DNA of 64,000 nt from the IMG/VR virus record IMGVR_UViG_3300028549_003773. One strand, 5' to 3'. The notes beneath the pieces are model-generated. The model ran no database searches, was not told the DNA's origin, and was given only the letters and a program-made list of their open reading frames with translations. How positions within the stretch are numbered: the first letter of the stretch is position 1; each line of letters starts with the position of its first letter. This DNA is from a virus (lineage: Duplodnaviria > Heunggongvirae > Uroviricota > Caudoviricetes). Made by a program: the position numbers and the translations under genes. Positions 31,593-41,715 of the stretch are shown piece by piece.

Positions 31593-32444
31593 ATGAAATT
31601 TATGAAAAACTTTGTTTTTGTTGTATTGGCCCTTTTGATGACCTCAGCATGTTCTAAAGTTCCTGCTGGTTATGTTGGTATTAAAGTATACCTCCTTGGA
31701 GGAGAAAAGGGTGTAGAATCTGAGCAACTAGGAGTAGGTAGATACTATATTGGTATGAATGAGGATTTGTTCTTGTTTCCAACATTTACACAAAACGCTG
31801 TATGGACAGCCGATAAACGTGAAGGTAGCCCAGACGACGAATCTATTACCTTTCAAACAGTAGAAGGTATGAGCGTAAATGCTGACATCGGCATTTCTTA
31901 TGCCGTTATTCCTGACAAAGTGCCTATGATTTTTCAAAAATATAGGAAACAAATTGACGAAATTACAGATATTTATTTACGCAACATGGTTAGAGATGCT
32001 TTTGTAGCTATTGCAGCTTCTCAGCCTATTGAAAACGTGTATGGCGCTGGAAAAGCCGAATTGTTGAAACAAGTAGAGGAATCTGTGAGAAAGCAATGTG
32101 GAGATATGTTTATCATTGAACGTATTTATTTGATTTCTGACCTAAGACTTCCTAACGAAGTAGTAACCTCTATTAATAAGAAATTGGAAGCTACACAAAA
32201 AGCTCAGCAACGAGAAAATGAGGTTAGAGAAGCGAAGGCAGAAGCAGAAAAAGTAGTAGCCAAAGCCGAAGGAGAGGCGCGATCAATTGCTGTAGTAGCA
32301 GAAGCACAAGCTAAGGCAAACATAACGATAGCTAAATCAGTAACGCCTGAGCTTATTTCTTACAACGCAATCAAAACTTGGAATGGGCAACTACCTACTA
32401 CGATGATACCAGGAAGTGCCGTACCTTTTGTAAATGTTAAATAA
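31593..32444 (+). CDS. SPFH/band-7 (prohibitin/HflC-like) lipoprotein
   Basis: signal peptide plus lipobox LMTSAC; EAKAEAEKVVAKAEGEARSIAVVAEAQAKAN is a typical SPFH C-terminal coiled-coil. Confidence 0.65.
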   Translation: MKFMKNFVFVVLALLMTSACSKVPAGYVGIKVYLLGGEKGVESEQLGVGRYYIGMNEDLFLFPTFTQNAVWTADKREGSPDDESITFQTVEGMSVNADIGISYAVIPDKVPMIFQKYRKQIDEITDIYLRNMVRDAFVAIAASQPIENVYGAGKAELLKQVEESVRKQCGDMFIIERIYLISDLRLPNEVVTSINKKLEATQKAQQRENEVREAKAEAEKVVAKAEGEARSIAVVAEAQAKANITIAKSVTPELISYNAIKTWNGQLPTTMIPGSAVPFVNVK

Positions 32445-32839
32445 GTAATTTGAAACCTACTACCTCTTTTCAAGGGGGTAGTAGGTACAACGCAAAGAGG
32501 AGAAGCAGCGAAAGCAGGGCTTTTAGTGTTCGGTGGCCACCCCACTAAGTAGATTCGATTACTACCTCTTCTGAATAATAAACTAAAGGTAATACATGGA
32601 GAATAAACCTATTTGTTTTGATAAATACATTTGTTTACCAATGCCACATAACCCACCAATGCAAGATCTATTTTACAGACTACAATCTGTAGGAGATCTA
32701 AGCTTTAATAAATTTAGTAAAGGTTATAAAATATCTTTAGTACGATATGAAGATTCAATAACTATGACTGAAATTGTAGATACTTTTTATACTGGTCTTT
32801 ATAGACTATGGAGAAGAGTACAAATAATAAGGAAGCAAA

Positions 32840-34171
32840 ATGAATGAATTAGAACTTTTAATCATCGACCGATTAGCTAACAACAATTTCGAAGTTTTCC
32901 TTGTAGGTGGTGCCGTAAGAGATAAAATTCTAGGACTACCCTATGAAGATATAGATTTTGCTACAAATGCTCGTCCTGAGCAAATCATCAATCTTTTTCC
33001 AGACAAACACATAGGTGTTGTAGGTAAAAGTTTCAAAGTAGTATATGTAGAAGGTGTTCAAATTGCTACTTATCGTAAGGATATTCAAAAAAAATTCTTC
33101 AGTGCTAAATATTGTGAACCAGTATACGCAGATAGTATATACGAAGATTTATGTCGTAGAGATTTGACTATCAACGCAATGGCAATCAACGCAATAACAA
33201 AAGAATTCATCGACACGCAGAATGGGGAAGTTGACTTACGTAATGGTGTTATACGTCTTGTAGGAGATCCTATTCAACGACTATGGCAAGATCCTAATAG
33301 GATAGTTAGAGCGTGCAGATTTGTAGCCAAAACAGAAGGGCATTTTCATAGGAAAACCTATGTTGCCTTATGTGAGTGTGCAGTATTTATTAAACGTCAC
33401 GTAGAGGCTGAAAGAATTCAAGAAGAGATAATGAAAGCTATGAAAGTTAATACACCTTCAATATTTTTTAGTTCACTACAATCAATTGGTGCTTTAAAAT
33501 ATATATTCCCAGCTATGGCTCGTTCTTTTGAACAAACAGGTGGTGAGTTTCATAAAGAGACAGTAGGTGAGCATTTGATGCTTGCTGGCGATGGAATACA
33601 TAAAAAATTTCCTGTGTTAAGACTAGCAGCTTTTCTTCATGACATTGGTAAACCAAAAGCTTTTCTTAAAGAAGATGATGGTAGTTTTAAAGCTCATGAA
33701 GCATACGGTGCCAAAATAGCTAAAAAGTATCTTACTGATTTGAAATTCCCTTCGGCAGTGATAAATGAAGTACATGGCCTTATTAATTCACACATGAGGA
33801 TCTGTAGAGGTTTAACACCTAAAGGTATAAGGAGACTACGTAAGCACTTATCTGACGATGGTGTCGATCCTCGCAGCTTTTTGAGGTTAAAACTCGCAGA
33901 TAGGTCAGCAAACTTGTATAGGTCTAGCACAGAGATTCAACCGACAAAAGAGTTAATAATTAATGCAGGTATCAGGTCAGTAGAAGACCCTGTGTTAACA
34001 TTAAAAGACTTAGCCATATCGGGTGGAGATTTAATAAAAGAATTTAATCTACAGCCAGGACCAATTGTTGGTAAAATACACAAAGCTTTGCTTGAGTTTA
34101 TAATAGAAGAAGGTGAAGAGTATAACACTTATCAAATTTTAAAAGATCAAGCCTATAAATTATTAGTTTAA
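32840..34171 (+). CDS. cca: tRNA nucleotidyltransferase (CCA-adding enzyme) with HD phosphohydrolase domain
   Basis: LVGGAVRDKILGLPYEDIDFAT is the Pol-beta head motif; DLTINAMA; HD-domain residues FLHDIGKP ... HEAYGAKIA. Confidence 0.8.
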   Translation: MNELELLIIDRLANNNFEVFLVGGAVRDKILGLPYEDIDFATNARPEQIINLFPDKHIGVVGKSFKVVYVEGVQIATYRKDIQKKFFSAKYCEPVYADSIYEDLCRRDLTINAMAINAITKEFIDTQNGEVDLRNGVIRLVGDPIQRLWQDPNRIVRACRFVAKTEGHFHRKTYVALCECAVFIKRHVEAERIQEEIMKAMKVNTPSIFFSSLQSIGALKYIFPAMARSFEQTGGEFHKETVGEHLMLAGDGIHKKFPVLRLAAFLHDIGKPKAFLKEDDGSFKAHEAYGAKIAKKYLTDLKFPSAVINEVHGLINSHMRICRGLTPKGIRRLRKHLSDDGVDPRSFLRLKLADRSANLYRSSTEIQPTKELIINAGIRSVEDPVLTLKDLAISGGDLIKEFNLQPGPIVGKIHKALLEFIIEEGEEYNTYQILKDQAYKLLV

Positions 34172-34521
34172 ATATACATTAGAAGGATGAAGATGGAACT
34201 TGACACAAGAACATTGAACGAAGCACAATTTGCAACCTTTCAAAATTTTTTGCGAGACTCGGTATCTAAAACATTACATAATTTAGTTACTATATTTGTT
34301 CTCAAAGTTTTGTATGATAAAGCACCAGAGAAAGAACAAGAGATGTTCAAAAATTTTCTAAACACGGCAGTAGATGAAGTTAAAAAAATTCACACCTTAA
34401 AAGCTGCCACTCATTACGATCTTTCTGATAAGCAGAAAGAACTTTTCGAAGAAGATATGAATGAGGTTATAAATAATTGTTTAGACCCAGTAACAAATAT
34501 ACGTAATAAGGAGTAATCTTT

Positions 34522-35040
34522 ATGGTAAATTTTTATTTTAGTGCGGATTGGCATGTCGGACATGATAATATTATAAAATACTCACGTAGACCTTTTAATA
34601 ATGTCGATGAAATGGATCACGCATTAATAACTCGTCATAACGAAGTAGTAACAAACAACGATGTACATGTACATGTTGGTGATTTTACTCTAAAGAATAA
34701 AGATTACGCTACAAGTATTATTAAACAATTAAACGGTCAACAAGTTTTTATAATTGGAAGTCATGATAAATGGCTGAATGATAAAGGAAAACAAATATGG
34801 GAAAAGACAATAGACAATCAAAAGATTGTTTGTTGTCATTACCCAATGTATAGCTGGCCAGAGTCTCACTATGGAAGTTGGCTTCTATACGGACATCATC
34901 ATGGTAGACTAGCAGTTCAATGTAAGGCTATTGATGTTGGTGTAGATACTAATAATTTCTATCCTTATTCATTCGAACAAATAAAAAGTATTATGGAAAG
35001 TAAGCCAGTAACTCCTGGAACGATAACTAAGAAATATTAA
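34522..35040 (+). CDS. calcineurin-like metallophosphoesterase (small, Mre11/Pnkp-phosphatase-like)
   Basis: SADWHVGHD, HVHVGDF, GSHD and GHHH motifs. Confidence 0.7.
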   Translation: MVNFYFSADWHVGHDNIIKYSRRPFNNVDEMDHALITRHNEVVTNNDVHVHVGDFTLKNKDYATSIIKQLNGQQVFIIGSHDKWLNDKGKQIWEKTIDNQKIVCCHYPMYSWPESHYGSWLLYGHHHGRLAVQCKAIDVGVDTNNFYPYSFEQIKSIMESKPVTPGTITKKY

Positions 35041-35051
35041 ATATGATTTTT

Positions 35052-35110
35052 TGGGTGGGGCTTGGGGAGTAGTGGTACTGGCTTTTGGGGCTGGTGCTGG
35101 TGCTGGGTCT
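35052..35110 (+). promoter_or_regulatory. GC-rich ~55-bp element with TAGTGGTAC (instance 8), paralog of 29358
   Basis: tgggtggggcttggggagTAGTGGTACtggcttttggggctggtgctggtgctgggtc; 65 bp upstream of the ATG at 35141. Confidence 0.45.
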
Positions 35111-35140
35111 AAAAACTAAAAAATAAATATTACTAAAATT

Positions 35141-35911
35141 ATGAAAAATAAATTACTTTTACCAAACGAAACAAATTTGATGTATGGTACTTCGCCTTTT
35201 AATATGCAATATGCTTTTGTAGAAAAAGAAGGTGATAATTACAGAATGTGTCATTCATTTAATACATGCAAAGATTACATGCATGAAATTATAGCAAATA
35301 GTATACATAATGAATGTTGCTTTGCCGGTGGGACTGGATTAATGGGTAAAAATCTGGACACTCTGCAAATTGTTTTACTTTTTAACAAGTTATCTGATGA
35401 GGATAAAGAAAATCTATACAGTATAAAAAAGTATATTAGCAACATAGAAGTAAAACACAAATTTCCTAAAACACTAATAAAAGAAATAGATTGCTCTGAA
35501 ATATTGAAAGAGCATAGAACATTCTTGTTGACTTTCAAAAAGCATTATGTGGAATCACCCGTTTTACTACATATGTTTATTGCTATGGTACGAACTTTAA
35601 TATTACTTAAGACAAAAATAGATGGTAAAAATATAATTAAATCTTTAGAAAGTCGTAGCGAAAAAGATAGTTCTATATTAAGACACGCATTAAAACACAA
35701 TGTTATAGATTTACTATTTAAAGAGCATGATACTATAACAAAAGATTTAACTAGTAAGGAAATTTACCCCAAAGAAGATCAAAATGGCTTCAGTTATCAT
35801 AGCGGTTTTGGTTTAGTAGCATTATTATCAAGAAGATTATCTTCAAAAGCTTACTCTGATAACGCATACAAAGTATTAGATAAGCACGGTATACCAAATT
35901 TTAATTATTAA
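35141..35911 (+). CDS. hypothetical protein
   Basis: 256-aa ORF. Confidence 0.5.
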   Translation: MKNKLLLPNETNLMYGTSPFNMQYAFVEKEGDNYRMCHSFNTCKDYMHEIIANSIHNECCFAGGTGLMGKNLDTLQIVLLFNKLSDEDKENLYSIKKYISNIEVKHKFPKTLIKEIDCSEILKEHRTFLLTFKKHYVESPVLLHMFIAMVRTLILLKTKIDGKNIIKSLESRSEKDSSILRHALKHNVIDLLFKEHDTITKDLTSKEIYPKEDQNGFSYHSGFGLVALLSRRLSSKAYSDNAYKVLDKHGIPNFNY

Positions 35912-35928
35912 CTTAACAGGAATAATTT

Positions 35929-36744
35929 ATGCTTTTGAATTTAGAAGAATTTTCTAAGAAAAAAATTAATGATAGTTACTCTGTAAAATACATTCTTTAT
36001 AATAATACAAAGAAAAACAAATGGATTAGTAATCCGTACAAAAAAATAAGTATGGAAGACCTTTTAAAAACACCTGACGTAGTAAAAAGTAGTGAATACG
36101 CAGCATGTTTTTCAAATTTTGTATCAGAAGCAAGGAAAAATAAAGAATGTAATAGACTTACGTATACATTTAAAATATCAAAACATCTAACTACTGAGCA
36201 ATGTTTGCGTTGGTTGATACTAGCACAACAGAATGGTCTACTACCAACATATTGTAATTTAAAAGACGTTGTTACGTATGGATCAATAGCATTGGATTAT
36301 AAGTTATGTTCAAAAAATATGCTGTATATTTATTTGTGTATAGCAAGATACATTGCAGAAGATGCTAATTTTGTAATTAATACATTAATTTTTGTTGATA
36401 AGTATAAAGTACATTATTTGGCAGCTTTGATACTTAGTTCACAAATATGTATTAGAGGCTTTGGTCATTGTTTTTTTCAAGCTAGAAATTCTTACCCAAA
36501 AGCGATTGATAAGGATTCGATATACCTGTCCACCCTTATAGGGTTGAAAAGATACTTAAATACAGGATGTCCTTCAGATATGGATGGTAGTTTCAATTGC
36601 GCAACGTCTGTAAGTAGTTTGTGTAAAATAGACACTACTGCATCGGTTAAAGAATTACAAGAAATAGATAATGTAGAAAAAGTTATAAACACAACTACAG
36701 ATGCTGAAGCTTTGGAAGTAATAAAAGAGGTATGGGAAAAATGA
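35929..36744 (+). CDS. hypothetical protein
   Basis: 271-aa ORF. Confidence 0.5.
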   Translation: MLLNLEEFSKKKINDSYSVKYILYNNTKKNKWISNPYKKISMEDLLKTPDVVKSSEYAACFSNFVSEARKNKECNRLTYTFKISKHLTTEQCLRWLILAQQNGLLPTYCNLKDVVTYGSIALDYKLCSKNMLYIYLCIARYIAEDANFVINTLIFVDKYKVHYLAALILSSQICIRGFGHCFFQARNSYPKAIDKDSIYLSTLIGLKRYLNTGCPSDMDGSFNCATSVSSLCKIDTTASVKELQEIDNVEKVINTTTDAEALEVIKEVWEK

Positions 36745-37193
36745 CACGACAAGAATATAATGATATTTTGCCAGGACAGAGTATGGTAATTTGTCCAAAA
36801 ATTGACCGTAATAATCCAGCAGGTGGTTGGTGCGACAAGATGGACTATATGGTAGGAGTACCTTTTATCGTTCAGTCAAAACATATGGAGAGCATTAGAT
36901 TACAAAATGATGGTGGTACTTTTTCTTTTCATTATAGCATAATAGAAATGTATGACAATACTAATAAAAGAAAAGAAATAGTACTTGAAGGTACAAGATT
37001 TGTTTGTGATGACAAAGTAAGTTTATACTCGCTTCTTAAACATTGTCTTAGAGATGATGCTAATAAAATAAAAAAGTTGTGTAAAGCAAAAGATTATCTA
37101 CCATTAGACCTTAAAACATTAGAAGCTATTCAAGAAACTTGTCCCAGATGTATGGGGATACTATTAAGCAATAATTTTATACAAAGAGTATAA
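36732..37193 (+). CDS. hypothetical protein
   Basis: 153 aa; overlaps the previous stop (translational coupling). Confidence 0.5.
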   Translation: MGKMTRQEYNDILPGQSMVICPKIDRNNPAGGWCDKMDYMVGVPFIVQSKHMESIRLQNDGGTFSFHYSIIEMYDNTNKRKEIVLEGTRFVCDDKVSLYSLLKHCLRDDANKIKKLCKAKDYLPLDLKTLEAIQETCPRCMGILLSNNFIQRV

Positions 37194-37408
37194 ATAAAAT
37201 GGACGATTTTGAAAACAATAAAAATAAATACAACCTAAACAAAAAACTGAAACGTGATGATAATGATAAAAAACGTATAAAAAGCCCTATTAATAAAGGG
37301 AGTGTACGTACACAAAGCAAGGAATCATTACGAAGGTATATCGATACTTATGACAACGAAGACCCAGAAGATTTTGATGATTTTGAGGATTTGTCGGGAG
37401 GATACTAA

Positions 37409-37843
37409 ATGTATACTACATTAAACACAACAGATTTAGAAGAATTTAAAAAATGTAGATTTGTCGTGTTTGATTACGTAGAAAACGAAAATCTTCGAAA
37501 AAATGGTACAGAACAGTTTAACATTTTTGTAGGTAACAACAAAAATGCATTCGTAGATAAGAAAAGACCTTTATTGTCCGGATTCTATTCCGAACAAGAC
37601 CGTATACTAATACTTAAAAATATATTTTCTCCAGTCAAAGACAAATTAGAAGATGATTTAAGTTATTTTAGAGTATTTTGTGATATGGTTATAGAAGAGT
37701 TCATCTTACTTGGAAAATCGAGAAACCTGACTTCATTAATAATTCATACAAATGAAGAGATATTATTAGAGTCTTTGTTTTCGTTCGATTTTAAAATTAA
37801 ATGTATAGGAAATAAATTTTATAAGGCATTTAAATCAATATGA
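37409..37843 (+). CDS. hypothetical protein
   Basis: 144 aa; ATG overlaps the previous stop. Confidence 0.5.
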   Translation: MYTTLNTTDLEEFKKCRFVVFDYVENENLRKNGTEQFNIFVGNNKNAFVDKKRPLLSGFYSEQDRILILKNIFSPVKDKLEDDLSYFRVFCDMVIEEFILLGKSRNLTSLIIHTNEEILLESLFSFDFKIKCIGNKFYKAFKSI

Positions 37844-39420
37844 TTACAAAATCTGCAGTAAAAATAGAAACATTTAAAGCTAAAGATCATTTAGCAGAAA
37901 TTTACGGAAGCCCTCAAATGACTTTTTCTTTCTTGTCAGCTCCAAAAGAAGGTAATAAGCAATGTTGTCTTCCGGTAAGATGCAGAGACTTTTTACAAGA
38001 TGCTATTAGAGCAACTTTAACAAAAAAGCCAGCTTCGATATATGGTTTTAAGTTTGATTATGAAAAGAATCCAAAGCTTGACATTTTAAGAACACGTATG
38101 TTGATTAACATACCGAAAGAAAGAACAGTACTAAAAACGGCAGATAAAATTATTGAAGACGGTTTAAAACTTATTCATTATTACGAAAATTTGGCTGGTA
38201 TAGTAACAAAAACTACTGTAAAAAGCAATGAAGAAGGTTACGTAGTAGTTGGTAGTAACTTTTGGATGTTTTCACCTGCTGTAATATCATTATACACGTT
38301 ACTGTTTAGATTGGGCGAGTATGATCTAAAATTTGAAACAGATAAAGATGACTTAGTAAAAGCATATGAATCTCTAGTAAATAAAAAAGAAACATATTCA
38401 GATTATGCCATAGAGTACCTAAGAGAAGTTTATAAAGTCTTGGAAGATTTTGTAAGATACTATAAACTTTCCATAGATGGGAAAAAATTTGATAATATAT
38501 ACTATGAAGATATCCCAATACGTAGCTTTCATGGTAATTCAGGTATTGTTTCTTTTTGTAATACAAATAAAGACGGTTTGTATAAAGAACAGTATGCAAA
38601 ATTCAAAGATTACATTGAAACTTCTATCAATGTACCAAGTATAGTATTTCCATATGGTGGTTTTGCGTATGTAACAACTCATTATGCTTCTAACAACTTA
38701 TACTTCGGATTGTTAAATGCTGAGGATAAGATTGTAACTGAAAGTTTAGATTCATGCAGAGAAGTAGTGTGTAGTAGATACAGATACCACTTAACTAAGA
38801 ATAAAGGTTTGACAAAAACAAAGTTGTTGGTTACAGCTTCAGGCATTTTAGATATTCCAACTAGAATTAAAAATTTTAAAGAAAAAATATTTTTTGCTAA
38901 AAGATTTGTCAACCATTTTGAAAAACAAGCTAATATACCATTGTCTAAAATATCATTGGTGTTTTTAAAAAGTAATAGTAGTAAAATTAAACAATTTTCA
39001 GCAATATTAACAGGAGATGCTGCGTGGGTTAGTAGTCCTGTAATGTTATCTACTTATATATTTTTGTTAAGAGTATCTTTTAAGACTTACGAAAAATTTG
39101 AAAATAAAGATAATATAACAGATGAAAATATAGCCAAGGCTTTTGATATTGATGTAAAACCAGGACTTTACAAAGTAGTAATAAGTGATCAAGCTATTTT
39201 TAAAGGTTATATAGATCAAATAAAGTTATTAATGGTAGAACGAAAAACTTTGTTCTTGAGTAAAGAACCAGCTATAAACTTTTTGACTCATGCTGATAAT
39301 GTGCCTATGAATAGCAGTAAAGTAGGAGTAGTTTCTTTACTTAAGAAAACAACAATAGATAAAACATTACTAAATAAATACGAGGAGTTGTTAAAAACAT
39401 GTCAAACAGGAGCACAATAG
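37840..39420 (+). CDS. hypothetical protein (526 aa)
   Basis: large ORF, start/stop-coupled to both neighbours; no motif recognised. Confidence 0.55.
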   Translation: MITKSAVKIETFKAKDHLAEIYGSPQMTFSFLSAPKEGNKQCCLPVRCRDFLQDAIRATLTKKPASIYGFKFDYEKNPKLDILRTRMLINIPKERTVLKTADKIIEDGLKLIHYYENLAGIVTKTTVKSNEEGYVVVGSNFWMFSPAVISLYTLLFRLGEYDLKFETDKDDLVKAYESLVNKKETYSDYAIEYLREVYKVLEDFVRYYKLSIDGKKFDNIYYEDIPIRSFHGNSGIVSFCNTNKDGLYKEQYAKFKDYIETSINVPSIVFPYGGFAYVTTHYASNNLYFGLLNAEDKIVTESLDSCREVVCSRYRYHLTKNKGLTKTKLLVTASGILDIPTRIKNFKEKIFFAKRFVNHFEKQANIPLSKISLVFLKSNSSKIKQFSAILTGDAAWVSSPVMLSTYIFLLRVSFKTYEKFENKDNITDENIAKAFDIDVKPGLYKVVISDQAIFKGYIDQIKLLMVERKTLFLSKEPAINFLTHADNVPMNSSKVGVVSLLKKTTIDKTLLNKYEELLKTCQTGAQ

Positions 39421-40310
39421 GTACCGATCCAGAATTTTTTGTAAGAAATAAAGAAGATGGTAAATTTGTAAATGCGGAAACAATGTTTCCAGGAACAAAA
39501 GAGAATCCTCATCTAATGAAAAGTGGTGCTGGACTACAAACCGACAATGTAGCAGTCGAATTTGCAAGCCCTGTAGGAAAAGATGGTAAAGATTTAGTTA
39601 AAAAATTAAGAAAAACATTTAAAGAATTGTTTTTGATTCTTCCTAAAGATAAAATATTGGATCTTTCACCATCGGTGTTATTTCCAGAAGATGAGTTGCA
39701 GACAGAGCAAGCACAATTGTTTGGGTGTTCCCCAAGTTATTGTGCATGGGATTTGGTAGAAAATGAAAAACCTAATGCAAAATTCAGTAACCTTAGAAGT
39801 ATAGGTGCCCATATCCATATTGGTAAATGCGATGGTGATGGTAATGACTTTCTATTGGACCCGTATGGTAAGATAGACACTGTAAGGATGTGCGACTGCT
39901 TGCATGGTATAATAAGCGTAATTTTAGACTCTTCAAAAGAAAGTGTAATGAGAAGAGAATTGTACGGTAAAGCTGGAGAGCATAGACCAAAAGAATATGG
40001 TGTTGAATATAGAACATTGTCACCGTTTTGGATGAAGAGTCCGAATCTGGTAATGCTTATAGACTCATTAACTATGGATGCATTACGATTGGTTAGAGAA
40101 GGAAAAAACAGTGACTTAATAGATGAAATTGGTGGCGCTGATGTTATACGTAATATCATAAATAATGGTGATATAAAATCAGCCGAAACAGTAATAGACA
40201 ATATATTAGTAAAATATATGTCTAAAGACTCAAAGTACTTTTTTGAAGAGTGTAGATCAGCTATTGATACTTATTCTTTCACAGAAGAGTGGCAAATAGC
40301 CACTAAATAA
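39399..40310 (+). CDS. amidoligase, glutamine-synthetase/GCS2-fold carboxylate-amine ligase (copy 1)
   Basis: N-terminal IGTDPEFFVRN resembles the G-x-E-E-E-F-x-L-V-D signature of YbdK/GCS2 ligases; central GAHIHIG; same two landmarks recur in three paralogs downstream. Confidence 0.6.
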   Translation: MSNRSTIGTDPEFFVRNKEDGKFVNAETMFPGTKENPHLMKSGAGLQTDNVAVEFASPVGKDGKDLVKKLRKTFKELFLILPKDKILDLSPSVLFPEDELQTEQAQLFGCSPSYCAWDLVENEKPNAKFSNLRSIGAHIHIGKCDGDGNDFLLDPYGKIDTVRMCDCLHGIISVILDSSKESVMRRELYGKAGEHRPKEYGVEYRTLSPFWMKSPNLVMLIDSLTMDALRLVREGKNSDLIDEIGGADVIRNIINNGDIKSAETVIDNILVKYMSKDSKYFFEECRSAIDTYSFTEEWQIATK

Positions 40311-40338
40311 AAAATCATTAAACATAAGAGAGATAATA

Positions 40339-41121
40339 ATGAAAATTGCAGTACCTATTTTTAGTGGTGACACAAGACTGTCTATTAATACGGCCTATTT
40401 GAACTATGTAAAATCGGCTAATATGGAGCCAATTCTTGTAAATGAGTTTAATAATCTACAAGAAATTGCGCAAGTTTGTGATGGTTTGCTACTACCAGGT
40501 GGAATTGATATTGAACCTACTTGGTATGGTGAAGAGAACGAAGCAAGTGACGGTTGTGACCCTGAAAGAGATGATTTTGAGCGAGCTGTTTTTCATGCTT
40601 TTATAAATAATGAAAAAAAGGTATTCGGAATTTGTAGGGGCTTCCAATTAATGGTAAGAGAATTTCTTAATGAGTACAAAGATGGCTGCAAAGGTTTATA
40701 TTATTGTCAGCATATCAACGGTCATTCATTGGCTTCTTCAAGAAATGCTCGAAGGAGTACACCGACACATAGCGTAAGTATAGTAACTAAAGCACTATAC
40801 AATATTCCAGCTGTTGAAGGAAAAAAGAGTAGTAGAATGTTTGTAAATTCTATGCACCACCAAGCTTTGCTTGCAGAACCACACAGATTTTCGTTTGTTA
40901 TACAGCAAAATGAAGCAAGTTTTCATTGCATTGCCGCCAGTGATGCAGGCATCAGCAAAGAAATGAATATGGCAGTTGTAGAAGCGGCTGACATGATGTT
41001 TCATGGTGTTACTGTAAGAGGTGTTCAGTGGCATCCTGAAGAACTACTTGATGTTGCTCTGCTAACTAATTACTTTACTGGAGCAGTTGCCGATGGAGCC
41101 AAAATCAAGTTACACAGGTAA
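40339..41121 (+). CDS. class-I glutamine amidotransferase-like / gamma-glutamyl hydrolase (C26 peptidase) family
   Basis: LLLPGGIDIEP, GICRGFQLM (nucleophile Cys), VQWHPEE (His-Glu dyad). Confidence 0.7.
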   Translation: MKIAVPIFSGDTRLSINTAYLNYVKSANMEPILVNEFNNLQEIAQVCDGLLLPGGIDIEPTWYGEENEASDGCDPERDDFERAVFHAFINNEKKVFGICRGFQLMVREFLNEYKDGCKGLYYCQHINGHSLASSRNARRSTPTHSVSIVTKALYNIPAVEGKKSSRMFVNSMHHQALLAEPHRFSFVIQQNEASFHCIAASDAGISKEMNMAVVEAADMMFHGVTVRGVQWHPEELLDVALLTNYFTGAVADGAKIKLHR

Positions 41122-41334
41122 GCTATCTTGGACAGTTACTGTAAAAATGACTTCTGGAGTTTCACATATAAGTTCGATTTCGCCACCACAATTGAATGCT
41201 TTTAGGAAAAAATTTCCAGAAAAGCTTGATATGGAAGCCCCAGATATCTTAAACAAATACATATTTCCACTTGTAAAACACGACTACTCATCAGTAGGGA
41301 CAATAGTGTCAATTAATATTAAATCGGGATTTTA

Positions 41335-41715
41335 ATGAGCGAATTAAAAGTTTTTGTTTATGGTACTTTAAAAGTAGGTGGAAAATTTGCTGCCACCTAC
41401 GATAAAGTAAGAAAAAGTGTAAAAGTTGGCAAAATAAAAGGTACATTATATAATTTAGGCTTTTACCCAGGAGTAAAACTCGGTGGTGATAGTGTAGTTA
41501 TTGGGGAAGTACATACTTACACTAATAAAGAAGAAGTTGAAAAGTCATTGGATAGATTGGAAGGATATTACGGAACTGGTAATAAATCAAATCTTTATAA
41601 TAAAGAAACAGTAAAAGTAAGCACAGACGATGGAGATGAAGACTGTCTCGTATATGAGTACAATAACTTTATTGAAAATAATAGAATAATTCCAGAGGGA
41701 GTTTGGAAAGTATGA
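41335..41715 (+). CDS. gamma-glutamyl cyclotransferase (GGCT/AIG2-like)
   Basis: VFVYGTLKVGG ... LYNLGFYPGV ... VIGEVHTY ... LDRLEGYY is a typical GGCT fold signature. Confidence 0.7.
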   Translation: MSELKVFVYGTLKVGGKFAATYDKVRKSVKVGKIKGTLYNLGFYPGVKLGGDSVVIGEVHTYTNKEEVEKSLDRLEGYYGTGNKSNLYNKETVKVSTDDGDEDCLVYEYNNFIENNRIIPEGVWKV

